From an uncultured virus (IMG/VR IMGVR_UViG_3300029305_001437) (lineage: Duplodnaviria; Heunggongvirae; Uroviricota; Caudoviricetes): a stretch of 64,000 nucleotides of DNA. Shown here piece by piece: positions 20,978 to 32,672 of this stretch. The translations under genes and the position numbers were made by a program. The DNA is taken from IMG/VR virus record IMGVR_UViG_3300029305_001437; one strand, 5' to 3'. Each line of letters begins with the position of its first letter. Position 1 is the first letter of the stretch. The notes beneath the pieces were generated by a model. The model did no database searches. It was not told the origin of the DNA and saw only the letters and a list, made by a program, of their open reading frames with translations.

Positions 20978-22896
20978 ACCGTAAGAATACAACGGAAACG
21001 AAAGGAAGGATCTGTATGGTTGAAAAGATCATCGAAAACTGGAGCAAGGCACAAAAGTCCGGTGCTTGGCTCCCTTGCCCTCGCTGCGGACTGCTGACAA
21101 TGAAGGAGGATCTTGACGACAACCCCGTCAGTCGCAGATGTGATGTTTATATCTGCGAGGAGTGCGGAACCCAGGAGGCGATCGAAGATATGCCTTATAG
21201 CGGCTGCCCCGAGGGCGAACTGAAAAAGCTTCCGTTCGAGGCGTGGTTCCTGAGTCGTAACATCTACCGCCAGTCCGGTATCGTCCGGAAAGGCAAAGGA
21301 TTTGAAGTGACCGCAACGCAGAATATCTTCCTGCGGGTGCAGGACATCGACGACATTATGGTCGGTGCATTGGAGGGCGGCATCAACTACTGGGCTGACT
21401 CCGCCGATGTGATCGAGGAGAAGCGAGTGGCCGATTGGGGTCACGAGCAGATTGCCCGGGGCGGTGTCCTGATGATCCACGACTTTGAAGATGATGTAAC
21501 CCACGAGTTGACCTTGGATAAATTCCTGACCGGTTTCAAACTTTGGGTGGAGCAGGGTCTTGACCACTACAACGCAGTCTGTGGTAAGACGGTGGACTGT
21601 TGCAAAATCGACGCAACCTGTGCTGACAATATCATTCAGCTCGCTCTGTTTGGGGAGGTAGTATATGGGTGAGTTGAAGGTACTGACCGTGCGTCAGCTT
21701 GCAGAGCATATCGCCAGCCAGATCAATCTGGAGGATGTGATGAAGACCGAGTTCCCGGCCTGCGACTTCGGCCTTATCGACACGGATGGCGAGACGGTAT
21801 TCGATCAGGAGGAGCTTGAGTTCCTGCACTCTGGCGTTTGTGGATGGTACGGCATCAAGAATGTCGATACCGGGTTTGACAGCTATGTGCTGGTACTGAT
21901 CGCTGATTATTACGGGGGCAGCTGTGCTGAACTGACCCAGATCTACGACGGCATTAGCTTGAAAGATGCCGAGAATGAGATCTGCCGCATAATCCTTAAC
22001 AGCTTAAAGCATCAGGAAGAAGCGGATGAGACGACGCTGATGGTGGTCGAATTTGGTGGAGGTAGTAAGTGATGGGATACATCGGAGGCGGAATGTACCA
22101 CGCAGAGCCTTGCCCGTTATGCGGCGAAACACTCTGGAACGGACGATGCGAAAACCCGGACTGCCACTACCATTGGCATCCGAAGGACGACGAGGAGGAA
22201 GATGATGAAAGTAACCCCGGAAAGCTACATCGAACCGATGATGACGATTGATGATGACAGCATATATGGTTTCTGCAATTCATTGAGTGCCATATATTAT
22301 CCGTTGAGAGTTGCGGGAATGGAGACGGCTGCTCGTCATTGCCTCCGGGCACAAGGCGTGATTACCCGGTTATACGAGGAAAATAAGGAGCTGAAACGCA
22401 AGCTCGATCAACTCAAGGAAAGCGAGGGAGAACCCAATGAAATTTGAAGTTAGCATCCATTACGAAGGCGTAGTCAAGGTGACTGTTGACGCAGAAAACG
22501 AATACAAGGCTCGAAAAGCCGCTGAGAAGAAGTTTGACGAGGTCTCTGCGGTTGAATTGGAAGCAAATCTCGAAAGCGTATCTGTGTGCGATGTCTCCGA
22601 AACTGAAGATGAGGAGGAAGAATAAGATGCAAGTTGCAACCGGTCATTATGTGAATGTTTTCGATGTGATGGGAGCTGATGTGCTCCTTATCCTGAACGA
22701 GCCGAACGGTGCACCGCTGCCCGAGGAGGTCGGGATGCTTGAAGCGGTGATGGCGGGGGCTATCAGGGGTCATGTAGGTGCCAACGGGCAGCAGATGGTA
22801 GCCATCCTCAATGAGGCGGTTGAGCATACCAAGTGCGAATGTATCGCCTATGGCTTCCAGATCATCGTTCGTTATTTGCCCCGCATCAGTGCGGCA

Positions 22897-22977
22897 GAAT
22901 ACAGCAATTTTCAGGATGAATAGCAATACCTACATCATTTGAAACCCGGCAAACAGTAGGAAACTGTTCGCCGACAG
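22897..22977 (+). repeat. Dispersed intergenic element, family A
   Basis: GAATACAGC...AGCAATACCTACATCATTTGAAACCCGGCAAA...AAACTGTTCGC. Confidence 0.75.
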
Positions 22978-24441
22978 AACAATATGTACGCAAGGAGGAT
23001 GCGTTAAGTGAAGGCAGAATTTCTCAGCATAGCTGATAAACGACGAATTGTACTGCTGTCAGCCAGTATCAAGGCGAAGCGGAAGCAGTACGACGAGCAG
23101 GAGTGGCACTTGGTCAGCGACCAGGTTCAGATCACCGTTAAGGATTTCGGCAGCCTCGGTATCGAAGTGAACGGAATGTACCAGAGCGGTAACTTGAGTG
23201 TCGATTTCTATGAGCAGATCAACGGCAACTGGAAGGTTTGCTGGAGGTTTATTCACAACTCCGGAAGCCGTGAGACCCTCGAAAGTGCCATTGAGCACAA
23301 CATCGACCTCCTGCTTTGCAAGAAGCACAAGGATGAGCTGAACCAGAAGCGTAGAAAGTACCGAAAGGGAAGGCCTATCAAGACCCTCGACGAGCTTGCC
23401 AATGAGGAGTTCGTATACCTGAACGACAAGATCACGCACTGGGGTTGGTTTATGAGCTGGCAGCTCAAGATGGCTCTGGATATGATCGCCCGTGGTGCAA
23501 TTTGCTACGCAATCCGGAAGGAGGACGACGAGGATGAATGAACCGAAGGTATACTTGGATGGCAACAAACTGATTTCGGAGACTTTGCACAACCGCCTCG
23601 TTTTTGAGGTGGTCGATGAGCCTCCCCTTGGTTTTGAGGTATGGAATATTGGGCCGAATGTGATACCCGGCTATCTCCCGTTCTGCAGACTCGCCAGAAA
23701 ACAGCCGTTTCCGGGCGGCAGAAACATCGAAGTCGATACGCTGAAGGCTATGAAATTCGATGGGGCCGAAAAAATCCTTAGAGCTGCCAGTTCTGGGAAA
23801 ACGGTGGAACAGATGGAGCAGTTCATCGAAAAGAACAGAACATCCAAGAGCGGAGATGTTCAGCACCGGATACGAATTTACGCCGATGCGATCCCGCTGA
23901 TGAAAAAGCTCGGCATAAGGAAGTGAGATAAGATGAAAGAAATTGATGATATGCCCCAGAACAGCTGTCCTTACACCGGAACAACATTTGCTTTCGAGTG
24001 TCCTTATTGCCACCACGGTGTATGTTCTGAAACATCGCCCTGCGGCGGCCCCACAGAAATTCATTGCTACGACGAGATGACAGACTTCACGGAGGAGCAT
24101 TTCGAGGCGGTTAATCGGAGAATGAAGATCCGGAAACTGGCAGCAGCCATCGAGGAGTATACCGAAAGCCTGTCTGTCAGGGATATTCACAGGGCGGACT
24201 TCGCAGATAAATTCGCTGCGTTCCTGCTCGATAAGGGAGTGGTTTGATATGGATGTCCGATACAGCGTTTATCGTGTGAAAGACGATGCACCGATCGTTA
24301 TATTCGGGACGATACCGCAGTGTGCGAAAGCACTCGGCCTCACAATCGACTCGTTTTACAGTCAGGCATCGAAACAGCGGAGCGGAAAGTATTCCGCAGG
24401 GAGCAAGCGGAAGTACCGCATAGTAAGAGAGGAGGCCGACG

Positions 24442-26358
24442 ATGAAACAGCTTAGTTATCTCGAAGAAATCATCGTCGATAACTTTGCCGGCGGTGGTGG
24501 TGCTTCGACCGGAATTGAACTGGCATCAGGTAGACCCGTGACAATAGCCATCAACCACGACCCGGATGCAATATTGATGCACCGGACAAATCACCCGTAC
24601 ACGATGCACCTGCAGTCATCCGTTTGGGAGGTCGACCCGATAGAGGTATGTGCAGGAAGACCTGTTGGCCTCGCTTGGTTCAGTCCTGACTGTAAGCATT
24701 TCTCCAAGGCCCGGGGTGATATTCCGGTAAACAAGGAAATCCGTGCCTTGGCGTGGGTAACTGTCCGCTGGGCACTTGATGTAAAGCCCCGAGTGATAAT
24801 GCTCGAAAATGTTGAGGAGTTCCAGACCTGGGGACCGCTGATAAAGGTCATCATCAAGGGTGAAGAAAAGTGGATACCGGATCCCGACCGGGCTGGTGAA
24901 ACATTTGAGGCGTTCGTGGGGGCGTTGTCCACAGGCGTCCCCGCCGACCATCCTGCCTTGGATGAAGTGTGCGAATACCTGAAAATCAAAAGGGACGGCC
25001 CGGAGATCCAACGGATCATCGACGGCCTCGGGTATGATGTAGAGTTCAAGGAATTGGTCGCTGCTGACTACGGTGCTCCCACTACCCGTAAACGGTTTGT
25101 ACTGGTTGCCCGATGCGACGGAAAGCCTATTGCTTGGCCTGAGCGTACACACGCACCTCGCAACAGCGAAGAAGTTAAATCCGGAAAGCTCCCCGCCTGG
25201 GTTCCTGCAGCAGACATCATCGACTGGAGCCTGCCTGGGTATTCGATTTTTGAAAGCAAAGAGGAGATCAAGCGGAAATACGGTGCAAAGGCACAACGAC
25301 CGCTGGCACCAAACACGCTTCGTCGTGTTATCAAGGGTGTGGACAAGTTCACGATCAAGAGCGGCGATCCGTTCCTGATTGAGTGTAACCACAGCGGTGG
25401 CGGACACATAAGAAGCATAAAGGACCCTGTCAACACTGTAACTGGTAAGTTCACCTGTGGTGTGGTCGATCCCGTAATCGCCCCGTTCACATTCAGCAAT
25501 ACGGGTGGAAGTGTAGGCTCCCCTGCGTCCGAACCTATTGGCACAGTACGAACCTGCGGAGGGCAGATCCTTGCAGCGGCTCAGCTTATGAGCATTGGGC
25601 AAACCGGAGGTGGCGATCGTATTCGTGACATCCGGGATCCTGTACCGACAACGGTATCTAAGCAAGAAACTTGCCTTGTATCCGCCCATCTGTCGGAGTT
25701 CCGAAACGCATCCATTGGCAGAGATATGAGAGAACCTGCCGGCACTGTTACCAGTCACGACCACGAAGGAGTTGTTTCTGCCCATATCCAGAAGTTCTAC
25801 GGCGGAGTTATCGGGGAGGATGCGAGAGAGCCGCTGCCGACGGTGACATCGGTTGACCACAACGCACTCTGCTCGGCTCATATCGTTAAGTTCAAAGGGC
25901 AGGAGCTGGGGCAGCATCCGTTGGATGCGCTGAATACGATAACCGCACAAGGGCTTGAATATGCGGATTGCAGAGCGGTTCTTGCAAAGCTGGACGGTGC
26001 GACAGACCTCGGACACTGGGATGAGATCCGAAAGCTCCTGAATGAGCATTGCGGATACAACCTGGCAGAAGATGAAATCATCCTGCTGATTATCCGTGGT
26101 GTCGCTCACTACATTCACGACATAACCCTTCGTATGCTGACACCTCGGGAGCTTTACAACGCAATGGGCTTCCCGCCTGATTACGCCATTGAGTTTGATT
26201 TCCTCGGGAATGTATATCCCAAGAATAAACAGGTGGCCCGTTGCGGAAACGCCGTGTGTCCGCCATTGGCAGAGGCAATGACGAAGGCGAACTTCCCTGA
26301 GTGGTTTGAAATCAAGATCGTAACGATGGCACAGCTCGACGCAGTCGTGACAGCATAG
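24442..26358 (+). CDS. DNA (cytosine-5) methyltransferase, phage type
   Basis: Motif I DNFAGGGG, catalytic SPDC, ENV, R.R and C-terminal GNAV. Confidence 0.93.
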   Translation: MKQLSYLEEIIVDNFAGGGGASTGIELASGRPVTIAINHDPDAILMHRTNHPYTMHLQSSVWEVDPIEVCAGRPVGLAWFSPDCKHFSKARGDIPVNKEIRALAWVTVRWALDVKPRVIMLENVEEFQTWGPLIKVIIKGEEKWIPDPDRAGETFEAFVGALSTGVPADHPALDEVCEYLKIKRDGPEIQRIIDGLGYDVEFKELVAADYGAPTTRKRFVLVARCDGKPIAWPERTHAPRNSEEVKSGKLPAWVPAADIIDWSLPGYSIFESKEEIKRKYGAKAQRPLAPNTLRRVIKGVDKFTIKSGDPFLIECNHSGGGHIRSIKDPVNTVTGKFTCGVVDPVIAPFTFSNTGGSVGSPASEPIGTVRTCGGQILAAAQLMSIGQTGGGDRIRDIRDPVPTTVSKQETCLVSAHLSEFRNASIGRDMREPAGTVTSHDHEGVVSAHIQKFYGGVIGEDAREPLPTVTSVDHNALCSAHIVKFKGQELGQHPLDALNTITAQGLEYADCRAVLAKLDGATDLGHWDEIRKLLNEHCGYNLAEDEIILLIIRGVAHYIHDITLRMLTPRELYNAMGFPPDYAIEFDFLGNVYPKNKQVARCGNAVCPPLAEAMTKANFPEWFEIKIVTMAQLDAVVTA

Positions 26359-26366
26359 GAGGTTCT

Positions 26367-26666
26367 ATGAAAAACAGAATTACAGTCCGCCGGGGGATGC
26401 TTGCAGACCTCCGGGCATACCTGGTAAACAGCGGTTGGAAGCTGGAGGAGCCTAAAGGGGAGTACGAAGTGCTCCGGGCGAGGAAACAAGGCTACCCCAG
26501 ACCGCTTTTAGTTCACGCCCGTGACTTCGACAAGAACGGAGGCTGCGGATACAGCATTGACGAGCGTGATATGAAGGTCTACAACGGTTGGATCCGGAAC
26601 AGAAAGAAGCGTGGGCTCGATCCTCACTGGGCAACAGAGCAGGAGAGGGCATCGGGAAACGAATAG
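26367..26666 (+). CDS. Hypothetical protein
   Basis: RBS present; follows the methyltransferase. Confidence 0.7.
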   Translation: MKNRITVRRGMLADLRAYLVNSGWKLEEPKGEYEVLRARKQGYPRPLLVHARDFDKNGGCGYSIDERDMKVYNGWIRNRKKRGLDPHWATEQERASGNE

Positions 26667-26669
26667 CAA

Positions 26670-26755
26670 GCTCAGGCACGAGGGATAGTTACCATTTGGT
26701 ACATCTTAACCCCCAGGACGGAAAATCGCTTAAAAGGCCGCCAAACGGCTCACAG
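26670..26755 (+). repeat. Dispersed intergenic element, family B
   Basis: ATTTGG.ACA...ACCCCCAGGACGGAAAATCGCTTAAAAGGCCGCCAAACGGCTCAC, colinear with the 7455 copy. Confidence 0.65.
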
Positions 26756-26766
26756 GAGGTACAGAT

Positions 26767-27258
26767 ATGAGTGAAGCACAGATCAAAAGAGGAGATATTT
26801 TCTACATACAGAAGTCGGCATCGGTTTGCGGAAGCGAACAGATCGCCGGCAGACCCGGTATCATCGTTTCCAACGATATTGGTAACAGTACGAGTGAAAC
26901 GGTGGAGGTAGTCTACCTGACGACCCGGCATAAGACGACACTGCCGACCCATGTACCGATCAGCAGTTCTGCGAGGGATAGCACAGCCCTGTGTGAGCAG
27001 ATCACGACCGTATCCATCGAAAGGATCGGCGATTACTGCGGCAGGGTAACGGATGAGGAACTGCGGATGATCGACGAAGCCCTTATGGTGTCGCTCAACC
27101 TCGCAGATAAGGAATGTCGAGAAAATGAGAAAAATCTGCGGGGGGGGGGTACTCCTGAAAGAGATAAAGAGCTTGCGGTTGCCCTCGCTGAGCGGGATGT
27201 TTACAAGAGCCTGTACGAGCAGCTGCTTGCTCGTGTAATGCAGGGAGTATCAGTATGA
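26767..27258 (+). CDS. PemK/MazF-like protein with C-terminal coiled coil
   Basis: KRGDIFY...GSEQIAGRPGIIVSND.GN...ALCEQITTVS.ERI. Confidence 0.85.
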   Translation: MSEAQIKRGDIFYIQKSASVCGSEQIAGRPGIIVSNDIGNSTSETVEVVYLTTRHKTTLPTHVPISSSARDSTALCEQITTVSIERIGDYCGRVTDEELRMIDEALMVSLNLADKECRENEKNLRGGGTPERDKELAVALAERDVYKSLYEQLLARVMQGVSV

Positions 27259-27635
27259 GTGAACAGTATTCGCTTTACTCCAGGTTCGACATCGAAAAGC
27301 ACAAAGCAACCTATGTCAATTACCTTGAGATCATCATCGGAGCGGACGGAACAGCCGCCTATGCGGTGCCGTCGCATCAGGAGTTCTTGATAAAGGTCGC
27401 TTGTGCGAAGAATGGGTGGACCCGGGATCAGCTGAAAGCAGCTTGTCCCCGGGAATACTGGTGGGACTTTATGGAATGGCTCACAATCATTACGGGAGCG
27501 ATGGCGGTGTGGAATGAACATTTCGTATGCCATAAGCCTACCGTAAAGCAGATTGGTATGCTCCGGAAGCTGAAGATGGCTGGGATCTATAAGGGTGCAA
27601 TTCCGAATATTTCTGAAATGGATGGTGAAAAGTAA
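27255..27635 (+). CDS. Hypothetical protein
   Basis: Overlaps the stop of the MazF-like gene; RBS present. Confidence 0.7.
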   Translation: MSEQYSLYSRFDIEKHKATYVNYLEIIIGADGTAAYAVPSHQEFLIKVACAKNGWTRDQLKAACPREYWWDFMEWLTIITGAMAVWNEHFVCHKPTVKQIGMLRKLKMAGIYKGAIPNISEMDGEK

Positions 27636-27661
27636 TCGAATGAGCATTTTTGCGAAAAGTA

Positions 27662-27690
27662 TTGATTTTGTCTCCGGTTCGGTGTATGAT
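27662..27690 (+). promoter_or_regulatory. SigmaA-type promoter of a single-gene cassette
   Basis: TTGATT-17-TATGAT. Confidence 0.6.
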
Positions 27691-27720
27691 ACAGAAAAAG
27701 AACCGAACGGAGGTGGTAAG

Positions 27721-28218
27721 ATGACATCGAAGGAACTGCTCACGGCAGCATTTAAGGCTACGAACACTGCACAGGGCGATGGTGCCAAGAAGATTGGCTG
27801 GACAAAGCAGCAGCTCAGCAGCAAGCTGGTCAGAAATTCGCTTAGAGCTGATGAGTTCCTGGCTATCCTGGACGCAATCGGAGTTGACATTGAGTTCAAG
27901 GTGCGGGAAACCGGCCAGCCTGTGACTGCACGGATCCCTGGAGCTGGTCGCCGGGTACGGCGAATGGTCGACAAGGTGATCTACGATACAGCTGCAGCCG
28001 ATGCACTGGCTAACAACTTCTACGCTGATGGCGTAAATGAATATGTTGATGGCAGAGCGATGGAGCTTTACATCGACAAGGAAGGCCGGTACTTCTTTGC
28101 GGAGTATTCCGAATGGGAAGGCACCAAGGATCGGATCACGCCTGTTACCGCAAATGCCGCAGCCACCTTCATTGAGAAGTATGGCACGGAGATCCACAAA
28201 GAACCGAAAGCTGAATAA
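27721..28218 (+). CDS. HTH-domain protein (moron-like)
   Basis: N-terminal AKKIGWTKQQLSSKL HTH-like segment; has its own promoter and terminator. Confidence 0.65.
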   Translation: MTSKELLTAAFKATNTAQGDGAKKIGWTKQQLSSKLVRNSLRADEFLAILDAIGVDIEFKVRETGQPVTARIPGAGRRVRRMVDKVIYDTAAADALANNFYADGVNEYVDGRAMELYIDKEGRYFFAEYSEWEGTKDRITPVTANAAATFIEKYGTEIHKEPKAE

Positions 28219-28226
28219 CGACAGAG

Positions 28227-28257
28227 ATCCCCACCGGAAACCCCGGTGGGGATTTTT
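28227..28257 (+). terminator. Intrinsic terminator
   Basis: ATCCCCACCGG-aaacc-CCGGTGGGGAT-TTTT. Confidence 0.85.
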
Positions 28258-28298
28258 ATGCAATTAAGACAAAAACAGACCCTTGTATTTTACATTTA

Positions 28299-28382
28299 AG
28301 TCTCTCGGGCGTTTTAGAACATCCTGATATACATATACCTTCGAGCGGATCTTTCCGCCAAACCCCGCCAAATGCCTCACAG
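28299..28382 (+). repeat. Dispersed intergenic element, family B
   Basis: AGTCTCTCGGGCGTTTTAGA...AAACCCCGCCAAATGCCTCAC. Confidence 0.7.
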
Positions 28383-28424
28383 TGAACCTGTCAACGAAAA
28401 CGAATAAAACGAAAAAAATTTCCG

Positions 28425-28499
28425 AAAATCCGAAAATAATACTTGACTTAGGCGGTAGGTGTTGTAAGATTAAGGTACAAATAAATTACCAACCGGTAA
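28425..28499 (+). promoter_or_regulatory. Early-type promoter P4 plus operator; near-identical copy of 7788-7862
   Basis: 73 of 75 bases identical; TTGACT 28443, TAAGAT 28465, TTACCAACCGGTAA 28486-28499. Confidence 0.9.
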
Positions 28500-28575
28500 G
28501 CGGTTTGGAACAGCTGGTAAGGATGGCAGCCGGGGCAATAGTCCCGGAAGGCCACCTGCCAGATGAAAAGGAGTA

Positions 28576-31500
28576 ATGGTTATGGCAAGTCAGTACGATA
28601 AGATCAAGACCCCCAAGGAACTGCTTGTGCAGGTTTCAATGCACGGCTTTAGTCTCAAGACCGAAGATGTTTGCAGAGCACAGGACATTTTCGGCAGAGC
28701 GCCCATCGAAGATCTGGTTGCCCTCGCAAATGACAATGGCCGGGTGAACGATAAGGACGAACCCGATCCTGAGGGTACTTGGACCAGTGGCCGCAAGGGA
28801 TACCAGCAGGTGTTCTACCAGGTTCTGTTCCACATCTGGAACTGGGAGGACGCTACCCGATTCTACAACCAGCACACCAACCCGGAGCCTAAGAAGATGA
28901 AGAAGTCCGTTGCGGAACTGGAAGCAGAGCTGGCCGAAGCCCGTACCGAAGCAGAGGAGAACAAGGAAGATTGCCAAATCTGGAGAGAGCGTTACGAATC
29001 CGAAAGAGCTGCACACACCGAGGTCCGGAAGGAAGCAGACTTCTACCAGAAGGGTTACGAGGCAGCACATCAGGAGATCATCGCCCTGAAAGCTAAGTTG
29101 TACGACATGATGGTTGCCAAGGAGGGAAAGTAAATGGAAATTCAAAAGGCCGTTGCAATGAGATTGCCTGACGGCTCCTGCATCTGCATTGCCAGCTACG
29201 ACAGTAGCTACATAGACGGGAACGAACAGAACCAGAAATGGATGTCTGTTGATATTTCTCGGGTACACCCGAACAAGAAAGAGGAGTTACTTGTAAGTGT
29301 CGATTTCGATGACACGAAGGGTCTCCGGACGCTTGTTTTTGATGACACCCAGGCTGACCCGATCTTCACAAAGGAGGATAAATTGTAATGAAATTAGCAA
29401 AGGATGGAGTAGAGCTCACCGCAAGGGAAAGCCAGATGTTTGGCGAGGCTCTCGAAACAGTAAAGAACCGACTGGAGATGGCAGGCGTCGATTACAACGA
29501 CAAACTCGTTGAGTCGGTCCGGTACTGCTTGTACGGAGCCCTCTACACGGGTGGCATCCCCGGAATGATGCGATACGCATTAGAGACCCCGATCAAACCG
29601 AAAGGAGCAAGAGTATGAGCAGTTACCCGATCGCCGATCACCGATACCGGGAACAGCAGGAGTTCCTGAACCACTTGGCAGTCAAGCACGGCTTTGCAAC
29701 CTACCGGCCCACCTACCACGCAGCACCCCGGGACAAAAATACTGTTTTGCTCTATACACTGGATGATGAAAAGCATAACAGACATGTTGACAGCCAGCCT
29801 GTAACATACAGCCGCAGCGAGGCGGCACATCGTATGGAATACGGAGGTTTTGTAATCGCAGATGATTGCATATACCGAGATCCTTTCTTCTCGTTCGAGA
29901 ATACTGATGCAAACGGTATGTTTGACACGCAGTTTGTCAACTTCGGAAAGATTGATCTGCGTGGAACCGAATGGCGGGATCGCCTGGAGGGGGCGGTTAT
30001 GCTTGCCCTCACCCGTAAGAAACAGAACCAGCACCTTGCGTCGACCGGCGGTGTGTGGGAGCCTCGTGAGGCTGACAGCACCTACAACGATTACAACCGG
30101 GAGATCATCAAGTTCTTCCGGATGCGATACGGCAAGGCGTACCTCGGCAGTATCAATTTCTACGACGAGAAACGAAAGCAAGTAGCCAAAGGTGAAGCCA
30201 GCGTATACGAGGAGTATACAGGACAGACCGTATACAACTTTAGCTGTTGCTTCGTGGTGCCGACAGCCGACGAAGAACTGCAGATGCTGATCCGTGACTG
30301 GAACGGACCTGGGCAGTTGAGTAAAGGCGTCGATGATGTCAAGAAGATCACAGACAGGGTTGACAAGATCGGTGGCCACCACCTGATCTGGTATTAAGGA
30401 GGTGCGAAATGCCTTACAAAGTAACGATCAACACCGATGCCTATGTTTGTCAGAAATGCTCTAAGAAAGATTGGGAACCCGGGACGATGAACGACTATAT
30501 GCTGACCATCAATGGTTGGCATACAACCGAACGCTCTTTGAGAGAAGTGTGGTGGCGAGTGATGATGTTCCGGGGCATCGATTGGATTTCTGACGAGTGG
30601 GACGAGCAGAAACAGGGCTTGTCCGATCGCTATGAAATGTGGCGAAATAAGAAATGCAACTGGGTGCACTTCCTTGATAGGCTGTGTGGCATTGAGCGTA
30701 TGCACAGACCCAGCGGGTATGGATTTATGCAAGGGTACTTCGATGACAGAAAGTGTATCGAAGAACTCAAAAGGAAAGGCACTGTAACCATCCCGTTCTC
30801 AGCCTTGTATGATAGTCGGCAGTATTACAGAGGACAGAATGGCTGTTATATGCGAATAGAGAAAATCTGAGGGAGGGATCTTGATGAAGTTTGAAGTAGA
30901 AGTGGCCATCAAAGTTACGCTTGGCGTTGAAGCTGCCACAAGAGACGAGGCTATCGAAAAAGCTGGAGCGATTGCTTGGACTTACGACCCTGACGAGATG
31001 AGCATCAAGGTTGTCCGTGAGGAAAGGGAATGGGGACCGGGCGTTATACAGGAAACCACACAGGAGGTTACAGAATGAGGATCTGGAAATGGCTGAAAGA
31101 AAGATGGCGGTGGTACATCCTCGGGCGATACCATTGCGACCGTTGCCCCTACGCCTGGGAAGAAAGGTATTACGAAGGTGACTGCGATTGCGGTTGCGTT
31201 ATCCGTGGCGACATTCGGGATACCTGCAGGCTAATTCCTCCGTTCCGAGGAATTATCGGATGGTTCAAGAGGAACGCCGCTGCCTATTCCGCAGAGCACG
31301 AGTACGACGGCCTCGAAGATTGGATCGATAAGGATATGGCAGGGGAGAAGGCGATCAAAGAAGCTGTGCGAAAAGGGTTAGGCACTCGCCAAATCTGCTA
31401 TCAGGACACAGGCGGCTATTGGAAGCCTGTTGGTGATTTCTACACAGACAGCATTTGCCACACCATCCGTGATGAGTACGATAAGGTTGCCCATCCTATC

Positions 31501-32557
31501 GTTCATCAGCCTTTGATGCAGAGATGGAAGGAACTGCTGAAGGACACTTGGGAGAGATCGCCGTTTTTTAAGATCGTCCCGTATTTTTACCAAAGAAAGA
31601 AACGGAGGTATAAGTAATGGAGCAAGGCAATATCCGGACTGTGCGGTTTATTGGAGAGCAGAGTGCTGAGGATCTGTACAGGTGCGAAGAAACCGGGCGT
31701 GTGTATGTTCGTCAGCGGTGCGACGACAAGTTCGTCCGGTGGCTTACATCAATCAAGTGGAGAGGCGGATACGAAGCTGACTGCTGCCTAAAAGAAGGGC
31801 TGATCCTCCGTATCGTTGACAAGAATAAACAGGTGTTATTCGAGGAAACGATTGTCAAAGTTGGCGGTTGCCCCGATACAGTAGCTTACAAAGCCGCTCC
31901 GTTCTCCGATGAGGCAATTAAAAATGCCGCAAAGGATATTGCGGCGAGATACAAACTGAGATCTTACAATGAATGGAAGACTCGTTTGATGAGATCTGCA
32001 CGGGAACATAAGTTCACCGGGTATTCCGACAACTGGTGCTATGCCGAAGTTAAATACCGCAAGGTTAGAACATTGTTCCCGGTCGAGTATCTCGGCGTAA
32101 CTGCTTATTGCACAGAGCAAGAAGCTACACATAAAGTAAGTGGACAGAAATGGACTTGCGTAGAGATCCGGGATGAAAAGAAAGAAATAGTCCTTGAGAT
32201 CTGCGGATACATTTTGGAGGAGGAAGTATGATTAAGTTTACACACCTTGGCGTTGAGTATGAAATGACCGAGCAACAGATCGAGGCAGCGTTCCGCTACC
32301 AGACGAGACAGTATATGAAGGAGGATGCCAAGAGTCAGATCGACCAGTTCATCTACGGAGATGATCCCGCCAACCTGAGCCAGATTGACCGTGAAATGCA
32401 AGAGGAGTATTTCAAGGGACAATACGGTATGGATCCTGCCGAAGTATACGAGCTGATCGACAAGATCCTTGATCGCTACGATAAGGTGGAGAGCTGTGAT
32501 GTCGACGAAAATACGACTTGGCAGAACGCAATCCGTGAGGTACTGACCGAGGAATGA
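28576..32557 (+). other. Operon of hypothetical ORFs (28576-29133, 29134-29388, 29388-29618, 29615-30397, 30409-30870, 30881-31078, 31075-31617, 31617-32231, 32228-32557)
   Basis: Abutting ORFs with RBS. Confidence 0.8.
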
Positions 32558-32606
32558 TGCGGTTTTATTGACACCGAAAAATCTTTCGTTTTTTCCGTAT
32601 TTCCTA

Positions 32607-32634
32607 TTGACTTAGGTGGTAGGTATTGTATCGT
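32607..32634 (+). promoter_or_regulatory. Early-type promoter P5
   Basis: TTGACT-taggtggtaggtattg(16)-TATCGT. Confidence 0.75.
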
Positions 32635-32672
32635 AAAGTTACGGAAACCACATAGAAAGTGAGCTGAAATGT

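Larger units (their letters stand above)
19925..24455 (+). other. Operon of short hypothetical ORFs (19925-20233, 20242-20568, 20583-20939, 21016-21672, 21665-22072, 22069-22251, 22202-22447, 22437-22625, 22627-22923, 23008-23541, 23534-23926, 23933-24247, 24249-24455)
   Basis: Tightly packed ORFs with RBS; several Cys-x2-Cys motifs. Confidence 0.75.
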
